Assembly: GCA_013239625.1 (NCBI GenBank)
Contig: MU053652.1
Span: 8,343,499 to 8,407,498, forward strand
From: Lama guanicoe
Taxonomy: Eukaryota
Direction of reading: 5' to 3'
DNA: 64,000 nt
Numbering within the stretch: the stretch's first letter is position 1; every line of letters starts with the position of its first letter. The notes beneath the pieces were generated by a model. That model saw only the letters and a list, made by a program, of their open reading frames with translations, did no database searches and had not been told where the DNA came from. Below are positions 25,401 through 39,500 of the stretch, one piece after another. The translations under genes and the position numbers were made by a program.

Positions 25401-28400
25401 TTTAATGAAAAGAGGTTGTGTTTGCAGCACGCCTTGTGGGTTTAAATATCCAGCTTGACTGCACATTCTGTGACCTTGAGCAATACACTTGACCTTCTGA
25501 GATTTGGTGTTTTCTGTGTAAAATGGAAATACAATGTTTTTCTCACAGGATTTTTGTTAGAATTAAATGTTCTTAGCCTATTCCTACACCTCTGCCTGAC
25601 TTATAAGACTTAGGGTGCATTCCGTGTTCCTAACACCTCCACTTACTCCCAAAATTATCACGCCCATTTCCATGGCTTATAAACCCACCTGTATGTTGGT
25701 AACCACCAACTTTATGTCTCTAACCTGCCTTCTCAATTCCAGACTCATTTATCTAACTGCCTACCCAACATGGCCACTTGGGAGACTAAGGGACATCTCA
25801 AACGGACATGCCTGAGCAGCATTCTTGATCCACCACTCCCTTCTGCCAAACTGTTCCTCCCTCAGCCTTCATTTCAATCAATGGCACCTTTTCCTCATTT
25901 CCTACATTTTATCTCAAATATATGTAGAATGTATTGCTTTCTCTTCATCTTTGCTTTTTACCAATCTAAATTAAGCTAAAATCTACTCAACTCCCCGCTC
26001 TATTCTGCTCCTCTGTAAAACTGCCTGACGGATTTCCTGTCTATGTTTTCTGTTGCTGTGTTACAACTTACCATCAGCTTAGTGGTTTAAAACAGCATGA
26101 ATTTACTGCCTCATAATTGCTGTGGGTTAGAAGTCTAGGCTCTGGTTAGCCAGGTCCTTTGCTCAGCTGAAATCATGGTGTCAGCTAGGCCTGTAATCTC
26201 CCCAGAAGCTCAGGGTTCCACTGCAAGCTGATTCAGATTGTTGACAGAATTCAGTTCCCTGTGTTTAAATTACTGAAGTACCCATTTTATTGCTGACTAT
26301 TGCTATAAGGTCACTGTCAACAACTAGAGGTTACCCCAGACCCTTGCCATGTGGCCCCTTCCTTTGACAACATGGAAGCTTACTTTTTTAGGCCAGCAGG
26401 AAAATCTCTTTTTTAAGAGTTCACTTGATTAATTCAGGTCCACCTAAGATAATCTCCTTTTTGATTAACTCAAAGTTAATTGATGGGGACCTTGATTATC
26501 TCTGCAAAATTCCTTCACTTTAGATATAAAAGAACCATAAAAGATCCCAGAAATAAAATCTCATTGTATTTACAACTTCTGTCCACACAGAAGGGGAGAG
26601 GAATATACTAGGCATATATACTAGGGGCAGGAAATTTAGGGGTTGCTTGGAATTCTGCCTCCCACACTTGGTTTCCACTCTTCTTACCTTCAATCTTGAG
26701 AATCCAGCTAGCCAACATGTTTTATGAAATTCATAAATTTACATAAACTTTAAATTAGATCATGATACTAACTTACTATGTTCCAATTACTCCTAATTGC
26801 GTTAGTACTAAAATCCAAATTCCTTCTGATAGGCTACAAGGTTTTGCATGGTTTGAACCCTATTGACTACTTCTTGGACTTTGTTTCATGTGACTGTAAA
26901 CTTAGCTCACTACCCACAGCCACACTGGCCTTCTCTCTGACCCGCAAACATTCCAAACTCATTCCTACCCCAGGACCTTTGCACTTGCCATTTCCTCTGT
27001 CTGGAATGCTATTTCTCAGTTATTTACATGATTGGTTCCTTCTTTCCAGTTAGATCTCATCTCAAATATCACTTTTCTTGGTCACACAATATAAAATTTC
27101 TCCCTCTGCCTAATAACTTTTTAATCACATTAAAATGTTTTATTTTCTGATTCAGTATATGCTTATCTGTTCATTATCTGTGTCCTTCATTTAACTGTAA
27201 ACTTGTGAGAACCTGGACTATATCCATCTAACTAACCATTATATCCCCAGTAGCTTGAAGAGCACCTGGCACGTGGGAGACAGTCATGGTGTGTTGGGTG
27301 AAAGAAAAGGATTCCATCAGAATTAAATGTACTCAGCATAGTTTCTGATAGAAGAAATCTATGTGGGCTGAACAAAATAACATCGGTCATTGACCTGTAA
27401 TCCAAGTCTAATAAACTGACTGGAGATAAACCTCTTCCTGCTTATTTTATTTTTCAATTGGAAACAACATTTTTTAAGAAGGCAATTCTCACTAGAGCCT
27501 CGTGGACATGATAAAGCATTTTTTTCTATTCATCAATTCTGTGTATCCTTTAGCATTTTTTACCTATCATTTACCACTTTCTAACTGCATAAATATATAA
27601 GCTAATTCTAGGATCTCTTCAGGGTGGGGAAAATCATCCAGTTGCCAGTGTTAACTCTAGGACCCAGGGAGATTAGTTCAGAGAAATTGTAGACAACTTC
27701 AGAAATCTTCAGTTTTGAAAGATTATTTTTGTTTTTTTTTTTCTTTTAAAACAGCCTTTGCATTGCTTAGGAACCATTTTAAAGTAGAGGGAGTACTCCA
27801 AAATAAATAAATTTGGCTTATTGTTGATGCAGGCTTTATTTATTTACATGTTTTTAAGTGGAAAAATACAAAGTGTGATTTAAATAGAAAAATACTGAAA
27901 ATCTGTCATTTCTATAAAGTTCTTTATAGTTTTTATGATTTGAAAAATAATAAAAATATGTTAATGGTGTTTTTATTACTTCTGTGCTATTTTCTGTACT
28001 TTTCCAATGTCCAATTCTTGGTGTTACTGCTTCAAGAAGAAAAATTAAAGACAACTATTTCTCAATTTTTCTTTTTTTTCCCCACAATAAAATAGATAAC
28101 TGAATGAGAATGTAGACTACATTTGGAAACAATAGATGTGAGGTTACCAAAGAAAATGTGCTTGTACCTGACCTTCTTTATTGCTATTCTTTTTGTTGTT
28201 GTTGTTGTTGTTATTCTGTGAGCCAAAAAGCTGAAAATAACTAGGGGAGATAAAGGAAAAGTTGATGTTTTTCACAGAACTTTTAATTATTTTTGTCTGG
28301 TCCAGATTTATTCCATTTGACTAAGCCCCAAAGCACTATCTATTCTAGGAAGAGCAAGAATACGTCTGGTAAGATGGTTGCAGTTACTTTGGGGCAGAAG

Positions 28401-31400
28401 AAACAGAGGGGAAACAGCTTTGAGAGGCAAAGTGGACCAGACCAGAGTCCCTTCAGAGCCTGGGATGCCAGCTACCAATGTGAAATGCTAACGGACACAT
28501 TCAGTTCTGTTAAGCTCATTTTCATCTGCTCCCAAGTCTGCTCGTTTGTCTTTCCTCACTCACGTGCGGATGATGTGTGTACTAACCACAAAACACCCGC
28601 GCCCCCCCCCCGCACACCCGTTTCTCGTGCATTCCCATGAGTATCAAGTACTGCGCTAGGTTCCTTCGCAAGCACTTCCTTTTAGACTGAATAAAGGGAA
28701 CAACAATTATGACATACTCACTCTTGTCTTTGTGGGAAGCAGCGATGACTCTCCAGTTAGAGAGTCAAGAGATGCAGAGTCAAGGTCACCTCTTTCCTCA
28801 GTGGTGAGCATCCCCCTCATCTCCCTTCTGCGCTGGTGGCACAGGGAAGGCGGGAGCTGCCGCTTCCCACTGACCGTCAGAGACGATTCTGCTCGTGCTC
28901 CTTCCGTGAACGCTTTTCCCCGTGTTTTCACACAGGCGCTACCCTGAGTGTCACTGCATCAACTTCGGGTCGTGGTTTATCATGTCTTTCCCGGCTGCTG
29001 TTATTATTCTCCTCTTGTCCTGGGTCTGGCTTCAGTGGCTGTTCCTAGGATTCAAGTGAGTACATCCTCCATTTCAGTCGGAGAAAAAAGGTGTCTGGGT
29101 TCCACGTTCTTGGCTCCTCGTGCAGGGCGTTTACACCCATTTCACATGTGCTGCGTTTTTTTGCACTACTTTTGCCCCGCACAGCTGACACGTATGAACA
29201 CATACAGTAAAGATACTCTAGAATATCACCTAAACCATGCTGGCTGTGAAAGAGAGTTTGCAGAAAGCAAATGCATCTTGGTCTCCTTTGATCCTAAGCC
29301 ATGAAGGTATTAATAGACCAGAAGGGCATAAGGAGCTTATTATGAGGAGGACGGACACAGTCCAACCTGTTAAAGTGGAATTTTCAGAAGTTTTGTCTCT
29401 CCTCTTGGTTTAATGTGGGGATTTCCTCAGGTTGTCAAGTTACCTTAAACTGATGTGCAGGGCTTCCTGCTTCATCCTAGCACCAACATTGATACATCCT
29501 TGAAAAACTAAAATAAAGATCTGAGAGTATGCTCTGAGGAAAGAATATTGGATTGGAATCAGGAGACCAAGGACAAAGCTGTGGCTTCTTTCAAGCCAGA
29601 TGAGTGACCCTTGCAAGTCCCAACCCATTCTCAATCTTAGTGTCTTCAACTAAATACGATAGAATTTAACCGGAAGATCAGCAAGATCACTTACAACGCC
29701 GTGATTCTAACACGGATGGGCCCAAGGTGAATACAGAGAAGTCAAGGTAGGGTACACTGATCAATAAAGAGCCAGAAATTACCTACCTCCTCCCAAAGAA
29801 AATAAAATTTAAAAACAAAGAGCCAGAAAATGTCAAATATACATATTCACGGAGAATTTGCAAATGTTACCTTGGCTGGGACTAAAGTCGGTGGTTCATA
29901 AATACCGATGAGTCATATAACTTATCCCAGCTTTGAAAATTATCATGCCAGGCTTCAGAGCAAAATCTCAAATGCTGCATCATAAATCCAACATGACAAT
30001 ACTCCAAACAGAAAGGGGAAAGGGCTGGGTATCAAATCTTGAGGAGTTTTTCCTAAAAATAACAAAACAATTTAACTTCATTTTTAGAGAGTTTGATCTG
30101 AATAATTGCAGGGACCTATCAATGAAACAGCATGTTATCCACCAAGCGGGTGAGACTGAAGTCAGCTATTTGTGCTGCCTTTGAAAAGTCAAACACTGAG
30201 ATCGGGTGGTGGTCCACACCCATGTCCGAGTTTTCCAAGCTTGAGTCATATAAGGACTAATATTCTTCCCTCTCCATTCCTCTTCCAGGTTTTTCTCCAG
30301 AACTGCTATAATTTTGTTAGTAATGGGGAGATGGCACTGATGATTTTTTTAAAAATCTATTTGTCCAGATTGTGGGAGCAGTGTGAGGCCATCCTCCTGC
30401 TGAAACAAATGTGTGGAATGTCACTGACTTCAGCAGGTGGGCATCAGTGGGGAGAGGCCAGCTGCATACCAAATGCCTCTTCCTGGAAATCCAAGCCTTT
30501 GGGAGTCTATTCAGTCATACAGGTAGCAACGCAGGATGCAGGGGGCAGGGATCCCCAACCAATGGAGAAAGCATCTGGTCCCAGACCCACAACTGTTCCT
30601 TTCTCTTTTTTCTTTTTTTTTTTTCTGCTACGTATAATGACTTTACAAAATATGTATGCCACCCTTGTCATTTTTCTCTTGAAATGTCCCACCGTTTAAA
30701 AAGGAGAAATTAAGAAGATAAAGGGCAGATGAAATGTGTTCTCTATGAGGACAAAAAAAATCCTGTGAAGTGCATACATTAGGCAAAGTCCATAAATCAT
30801 GATCAGTGGCATGTTGAAACAGTCCCTTTGCTGTCCACTTTTGGTTCAACACAGCGCAGCTTCATGCTCCAGCTAATTTTTCAGTGTCCTCTTCAGTCTG
30901 CCAGGGTGTTCACCTCCGGAGGTTTTAGATCGACAAACAGAAATTATCAGCCACTCCCCTGGCAGGCCACCATGCATTCTGATTAGTGTGTTGGCTGTTC
31001 ACACAGTTAATTCACTCATTATAAATGACCCCAGCCTACCTGGGAAGTGAGGTCATCTATCCATGCCACCGAACTTATTCAGATGGAGAGGCTGATGCAT
31101 TGTCATATGCTTCATCTGTTCCTTTGTGAAGGCATTAACCTTCATTTGTAGCAAAGCCAATTTGGCTTTTGACTTAACTATTGCTTGGCCCCAACCAAAG
31201 TGACAAAATACACATACAGTCTACTGGGTAGAAACCAGTTTCTGAGGAGACTCACTTCTTCTTTCTCTAACTCTCCTTTTTTATTCTACAGATGGTTCTC
31301 AAGGTTGTCTGTGGATTCGTTTCTTTTAATGGTAGTATTTATGCTGTGACAAAGGGTAAAATTTCAAGATGGACACTAGTCAGTAATTTAACTGAGACTC

Positions 31401-33472
31401 TAAAAATTAAATATCATCTTGCTGATCTTAAATGCAACAGCTTCCACCTAATCGCGTTCAGTGGGGGTCGTGTGGGTAGAAGGGTGATTATGAATCTGTA
31501 GGATGGATGACTTAAGAATTGAGGAAACTCTGCTCCTTCGAAGGTAATAACAGTCCATCTGAGTAGCAGAGTTGCAGAAAACGGAGTAAACATAACACGT
31601 CTTTGTGTGATAGCTGCCCTCCCACCATAGCAGTCTTCCTCTTTACTCCATCATAAATATCCATGTTTACCCCAGCAATTTTACCAAAGAAAATGTCCCT
31701 GCTTCTTTTCTTTCTTAAAACTGCTGTATTCAGGTATGATTGACATACAAAAAGCTGTACATACTACATGTACACAGAACTTACTGTCTGGAGGTAAGCA
31801 AACAGCCATGAAACCATTGTCGATATCATTGCCGTAAATTTACCCATCACTTCCAAAAGCTTCCTCCCATCTCCTTTGCTTTTTTGTTGTTTTTTTTTCC
31901 TTCCTACTGTAGTACAAGCACTTCACATAAGATCTACCCTCTTAGCAAAATTTTAAGTATATAGTATAATATTGTTAATTATAGGCTCTATTTTGTACAG
32001 TCGATCTCCACAGCTTGCTTACTTTGCATAACTGAAACGTACCCTTTGGTCAACGCCTGCCCATTTTCCCCTCACCCCAGCCCCTAGCAATCACCGTGTT
32101 TATTTTAGACTCCACAAATAAGTGAGATCACACAGTATTTGTTTCTCTGTGTCTTACTTACTTCATTTAGTATAATATCCTCCAGGTCCATCCACAGTGT
32201 AGCAAGTATCAGTGCTTCATTTCTTTTTATAACTAAATAATATTCCGTTGTATGTGTGCACCACTTTTTTCTTTATCCATTGGTCCATCCATGGACATGT
32301 GAGTTGTTTCCATATCTTGGCTATTGTGAATAATACTGCAATGAATATGTGAGTGCAAATAACTCTTCAAGATTTAGATGCCAGTTCCTTCGGATATATG
32401 CCCAGAAATGCTTTCTATACCAACATATAACATATTCTAATTTAGCTATTCATATCATACATTCTAAGAGATAATCCATAATAATCTGACCATTTTCCCT
32501 TTTCTTTCTTTCTCTGGGTTTTTTTTTTTTAAATCAGGCTTTAGAGCAGCACCTTACAAAAAAAAACTGTTCAAGGTTTTGAAGACCCTGGACTTTTCAG
32601 GATAAGAAAATTATTCACAGGGGAAAGAGGTCACTAAAATAAGCAGCTAAAATAAGAGACTGACAGTTGCTATTGAAAGTATATTGGAAAATTATCTGGT
32701 GGATGCTATTAGGACATAAGAAGTGAAGAAACTCAAAGGAAAATGGAATTGGATTTAGTTCTAAGAAGAGACCTAGTTTGAACTTTGTTCACAATCAGTG
32801 TGTGTGTGACTTTCCATCCCTAGTGTATAACTGTGAAAACTGATGGATCTAACAACCAACTATCTTATAAATTTGACAAAGTTAATGAGTCAAGTATTTA
32901 TACCAGTGTTTAGAGATACTGGGCCAAAGAAAACATTCTTGAAACTGCCCCCTGCCCTCAAATAATTTGCTTTCTCATTAGTGAGATAAATCTTATACAT
33001 ATGCACAATGAACAATTAAGATACTTAAGAAATACATTAAAATATGTAGCAATCAGGTGTATAATAAAGTATTAAATTGGAAGTGAGTGGCACATGGCAG
33101 AATTCCAATGGTGCAAAAGGACTTGGAAAAGGAAGAGATCAGTGGGAGATGTCATGGAAAACATGGGAGGAAAGTCAAGCATTGAACACTGAGCAAACCA
33201 GGAAAAACCAGAAAAGAGGGGAGAGGACATTCAAAAAAAGGAGATAGAGGTATAGACAAAAAGCACAGATTTCTATTATTGGCAGAGAGATTTGCATTTC
33301 TGACTTTTTCACACAAAATTCTATGAAGGAAAAATTCTTTGCTTAACAGGCTTAATTATTCTTTTCAGTTTTAAGGAGTTGTTCAAATGTGGTAAGACCA
33401 AAACATCCAGACAAAAGGCTTGTGCTGAGGTGATTAAACAGGAATACCAAAAACTTGGACCAATAAGGTAAG

Positions 33473-33508
<36 letters not shown>

Positions 33509-36500
33509 CTATATGCTGCTTATACTCCAAGTACTTGTTTAAAGGCAAATATGCACATAATGTCTGTAATGTATTTATTAACCCTTGAAAATGTTCTAAC
33601 CTTTGCGAATATAACTCAACATAATAAAACACATACCTCATCTAACTAAAAGGTACCGGATAGGACAAGAGGCTGGCAGGATTCTGCTGATTCTCTTATA
33701 TTACTGACACGTCGGGGTTTTACCGTGTTTAGTGTTCTGCTAAGATCACACTTGACAACAGCTCAGGGAGCTTCTGCAAATGTCTTGGCTGAGAAAATAC
33801 ATGAAAGGATTGGAATTTTCCCACAGGTATCAAGAAATTGTGACCTTAGTCCTCTTCGTTACAATGGCTGTGCTCTGGTTCACCCGAGAACCTGGGTTTG
33901 TTACCGGTTGGTCTGCACTTTTTTCAGAGTAAGCATTCCATGTTATGTTTGTGAACCCTTTCTGTTTTATACTCTGCTTTTCTTCTAAATGATTTCTGTA
34001 ATTCTGGGAGAGTGTATGAGATTCTTTTTTTCTTCCTTTTCCATTGAAAAGATTTTTTTCATTCTAATCTTTTCAGGAAAAAAAAAAAAGATAAGGAATG
34101 AAATCTAGGATAAGGCAGCAAATGAGATGACCAAACTGCCCTGTAACTAAAAATCAGGCTCGTTCAGACAAGGCTATTTTCATCCTTACGAAATTAGAAA
34201 TATAATTGGCAGGAAAGCCATGTTTTAAGATGGTTCGGAGTATGGACTTTGGAGCCACATTGCTTGGGCCCCATTCCTGGCTCTTCCACTTACCTTGGGC
34301 AAGTCACTTACCTCTCAGTCTCTCCATCTGTAAAATGGCACCAATAATGGCACTTGAAACAGTGCTCCCCTTCTACCCACAGGAAGTGCAATATAAATAC
34401 TTATTATGTGAACTAAATGCCACTCAGCGTTTCTTAGTAACCTGATCTGAATTCATAGTCTGTGATTTTTGCTGCTTATTTTTTGTATTTCTGTGGAGGG
34501 TGGTTTGCTTGGTTCGCTCTCTTGTCTTTTCCTCTACTGATGTCCATCTCTGTATGAGTTCACTATAAACCCACCCCTGCCCCTATTTTATAGGTGAGGA
34601 AGTCCTGAATAAGTATTAAGACTGAGTGTACAAACTAACATTAGAAGCTGGGCCAGAGTTAATTTTATCTCTCAGCGTCTTCTATCCCGGCACACGTTGC
34701 TGAGTCATGTGAAGTGAGGGGGAGATTGTAGCATACTTTTCTAAATTAAGGACCGTCCTACATGCCAATATAAATACTTTGGTTTTGCGATTTGCGTTCC
34801 CAAGTCTTATCTTTCACCGAAGCACTCCACTTCCTAAATTCAGCAGATCTCTGATTTGAACTTCCTGTCTTACACCCCCCAGCGAAATTCAATGTAGTTA
34901 GGGGCAGAAAACAAAATTATTTGAGTCAGATCTGTTCTGCCCACATGGAATAAAGAAATTCCTCTCTTCTTGAATCAGAGCCTTCTGGTGATATAGGCAC
35001 TGCCAACATTTTTTTAAAGCTGCAGAGTCCGTGTGCAAATTCCTAGTGAACACACGAGTGCAGCACTGCTGGGTGGTACATGTTACAAAGGGTCAGCTGC
35101 ACCCTTGCAAACTTTTTCTTTCCATTAGCACTAAAACTTCTCATTTTAAGAAGTCTAAGCAAAAGGCAGTATCCAATCCTTCAAAGCAAGCTATTCAAAG
35201 CAAACTGTTGCTTAACAGTTTGATTAGGACTTTGTAGTTTGGTAAGAGGACCTAGACCAACAGAAAAAATAATTCTCCCTCCTTCTTAAAATCCCACCTC
35301 TATCATTCCAGGTAGGGAGAGTCTTCTCTAAACACCAGTGTGTAAAAACTAAAAAACCAGACAGTGGCTAATAAAAACCAGGCAGAAATCCCAATAAGAA
35401 ATTCAATGTAATCAGTTTCTAATTTCTATTCCTTATGGGAGGAAAATGTAGGAGATGTTCTGTCTGTAGCAAGAAAACAACGTATTTGTTATGGGGAGTT
35501 GCTCATGTTACCTAGAATTCTGACAAAACCAGAAGAAAAGGAACGAAGGCTTGAGGGAGGAAAGGATTTGAATATATGCATCTAATTGGCTATTAGACTT
35601 ATAAATTGCCAAAGCAAATAAAATTCGCAGAGCTTAATATTTTATAATATTGAGGCAACCTAACTTAGTTCATAATAAACCAAGAGTAAAACAGTAACAT
35701 TTTTCAAGGTTTTTTGAAAAGCAGTTATTTCAGTATTTATGGCTGGATTTTATTTAAAGTATGTATTCTGTAGAATATATTTGTAACATAGAGGTTTTAG
35801 GCATTTAGAGTTTCCAAAGCTAGAATGGCAGATGAAGATTTATAGCTACCACCTCCTGTTTTCATTCCATCTGTTTGAACCTGGAAGGAATTCAATATGT
35901 CTTTTCATATAAAACAAAATCAGATTACATGATGCCTGACCCAATTTGGCCAAAATTCAACCAAAATGATAACTGAAATAAGAGAAATAAGAAGCAACAA
36001 AATAATAAATGTTGGTTAAGTTTGTTGAAGAAATTACACCCAAGGCAGCTTTTTACTCCACAATGAAATAAAGAAATCTATATTTAGGGAAAACAGACTG
36101 CTTTGTAAAATTATCAGATTGAATAAAATAATACATTTCCCTGATTATTCAGATTGCTGAAGTAAATTATAGGAGTAGAGAGCCTCTATAGTACGTATGC
36201 ACTGCTGAGTTACAAGGTAGCAAATTAATCTTTAGGGTGTACATACTTTTCAGACTACAAGCATTCACTAGTTAATATGCTGAATTTTAAAATTGATTTC
36301 TAGTTATTTATGCCTGTTCATATCTGGTCTCCAGGTCCTTCTTAACTGTTGAGGCTTCTGGGAACCTGTCTTACTTGCTAGAATGACCCGGTGATTCTAA
36401 GGCCCCATCTGTTCCTGAATCACTGTTAATTTGTATAGTGATCATTTTTGAGCATCTCTCATAAGCCATCCTAATCATTTATATTCTTGATTGAGTTTCA

Positions 36501-39500
36501 CAGAGTGCAAAGCATTAAATGGGTTGATTTCATGTGTATGATGTGGCCAGGGCTTATAAACACAGAAGCAGATGTCATATCTTTAAAACAAAAATCAATT
36601 CCTTTTCACAATTCCAAAGAAGAGTTTTAGAGGATTCTAGAAACATCTATGCCTTGCCACAGTTTCAACAGTAGCCTTTTATAAATCAGTTATACAGGAC
36701 TTGGCCTAATGTAATTAAAAGCAATAATTCAGAGAAGGAATTGTTTACCAGATCCATCAGCTTTACCAAAAGGGGATTTTTGGCCTATAATATCATCATG
36801 TGTATGTATACACAATTTTGAAACTAAGGAGACACATACAGACAATGGGAGCGTGGTCTGAGATTTTCAGTCCCACTGTTACATATTTAGTTGGGAACCA
36901 TAGATTTTAGAACAGATTATCCAGAACAAATAGCCTATACCACCACTCCTACTTTATGCTCTAGGCATAGTCAGGTGGTGCCTAGTTCACACAAACTCTT
37001 GATGGCATTTTTAAATGCATGTGCTTGTCTTTTTTTTTTTTTAGGTATCCCGGTTTTGCTACAGATTCAACTGTTGCCTTGCTTGTAGGACTCCTGTTTT
37101 TCCTTATCCCAGCTAAGAGACTGACCAAAACTACACCTGCAGGAGAAACTGGTTGAGTATTATTTATAGTTCTGACTGAATTTGACAGAAGAGCCAACAT
37201 ACAAAATCCCCTTGGTTTCAGTTAGCACGTAGAACAGAAGGATGGACTCGGACGCAGCCCCTGAGATACACACCCCGTGTGCACACGGCAAGCCCTAACC
37301 AGGCAGCACACACCCTCCTTCCCCCTCTAAAGGATCATCAGACTGTGCAGAATGAGAGGTAGACTTCCTTATGCACCACGATTAGGATTCTGCTACGGGT
37401 GATGCATTCGTTCAGTCTGCTATAAACCCCCCTCCCCTGTCACAATCAGAATTAACCTTACTATTGGCAAACATAGAACCAAAAACTTGGAAGTCCTACT
37501 TCATGATGAACCCTTGGTAATAAATGCTAAGGATCCAACGTGAGGAATTTCAAGGGAAAGAGTACTTACAGCCTCCTAGTAACCTTGGAGAAAATGCTGA
37601 TCAGCCCCATACTTAGCCATAAGCTAGTGTCACAGTTGAAAGAAAACGTATTCAGGGAGCATTCATTGTCTTTATAACTCATGGACAAAGAAGTGTGTAT
37701 GTTTATGTGTTTATGCCCCTCCTTCGCACAATACACGTACTTCTTAAATACAGGATTCATTTATGCCTGCGCTTTATTCTAACACAACATGTTTTGGGTA
37801 GTCAGATTCCTGTGTTGTCAACGTGGGACAAAGGGTTTAAAATTGTTTGAAATAGCCTAATAGAGTTGTGGCTTTTAGTTGTTTTTCCTTTCTTTCCCTC
37901 CTTCCTCCCATCCCTCCTTCCCTTATCCCAGTAGTTGCGTTGGCCCACCTGATTCCTTGACTCAGAATTCATAAATGCCTATTGAGTCAGATTTCTAGGT
38001 TATGATATATGTGAACAGTGTAGTGTATAAATAAATGCCTTTTGCTCTTCACTTGAGACTAGCGTAACTCAAATGTGTTATAAGCAGATGTTGTGATATA
38101 GAGCAATGATTGCTATGAGACCCTGAGGACTCTGACCATGCAATCAAAGCCCTACGGCCTTGCAGTGGCAAGTGTTACACTCGGCTTGACTCCTCTGGCT
38201 CCCACAGCTGGATCCCCCTCTCAGAAACAGCCTTGCCCAACCCATCAGTCTCTCTCTTCTCATGCTTCAGCTCATCTCCCTGAGAAACTCATTCGCACTA
38301 GGTTTTAAAATGACAGCTAAGACATAAAATGTTCAATTTTACATGAGAGGTACAATCCGAGTTGTTTACATTTTAACAGGACATATGGCCTTAATTCAAG
38401 TAGGAAATAGCAAAACTTCCATCAACAGTGAGGGTGGGTTTGGTTTAGCTTCTAGGAAAGGAGGTAATAAAGAGGCTTATTAGTAACCTTAAAATCTCAC
38501 CTTGTGGAAGCCTCCCTGTTACACACAAATGTTAAATGGGACTCGTGTGTTCATGGATGATCTTTTTTTCTAAGAAACTCAGTGGAGCCATCAGTGCCAA
38601 ATATCAAGAGAAATCTTTAGGATTATTGCTTTATGAGTACTTTAAGGGTCTCATGAATAATATGTAAATTATTTAATCTGAATTTTGAATAATTTTAAAT
38701 TGAAATCTTGATGAATCTATCATGACCCTCCTCATGATTTGAAAAAAATAATATAATGTTCAAATAAATGTTAGTGAATCATAATTATAATGCTCCACTG
38801 ATGCTGTTAGAATCAGAGGTATATTACAGACATTTTCCATAGCAAAGGATAGTATAGTCCAATGCACATGTTACTCATAGGCAAAGATGTTAGTGGAATA
38901 AGTGAATAAATAAATAGCATTATAGACGACAATGTTATTATTTTTATCTAAATTTATTCTCTAATAAAATCCAAAGGATTTTTCCAACTTATGGCATTTT
39001 TTTTATAATATTCTACCAAGGCCAGATGAAAATTACTCGAAGTCCAGATCAAATTCCTATTTAAAAACAATATAGGAGTATTAAGAACTTCTTTTGAGAT
39101 GGCCCTTCAGGATAATAAAGAATGTATATTGTCGTATTTTATGCAATGTGTAACTGTAGGACTTTTGGTTGCAGTTGCTTTTGATTACTCTCCACTGATT
39201 ACTTGGAAAGAATTCCAGTCATTCATGCCCTGGGATATAGCCATTCTTGTTGGTGGAGGGTTTGCCTTGGCAGATGGCTGTGAGGTAAGACTCTGTGTCT
39301 AAGATAGTTGGTAATTAACCAGACTGTTCAAGAGGAGAGTGCAGAGACCGGCAAGGTTTGGCATGTTCAACTTCACCCTCACTGTAATGATGCAGACTTC
39401 AGTAACCATGCAGTCAGTATATGACACCGATTAGGTGAGTTCAGAGCTCAAGATTTATTACAGGCATAAAACATCATTTTTTTATGACGCCCCAGTATAT

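Noticed and set aside
28293..29304. Cluster of overlapping ORFs around exon 8
   Set aside because: Explained by local GC richness giving fewer stops. The true exon uses a frame not listed in the track.
30172..30699. 175-aa ORF (longest in the track)
   Set aside because: Non-ATG start, runs through a poly-T tract, no recognisable domain; intronic chance ORF.
39158..39174. Alternative in-frame acceptor 15 nt upstream of exon 12 (tgtag), which would add 5 aa
   Set aside because: It lies about 5 nt from the likely branch point (TGTAAC) with no pyrimidine tract, so it is probably too close to be used.
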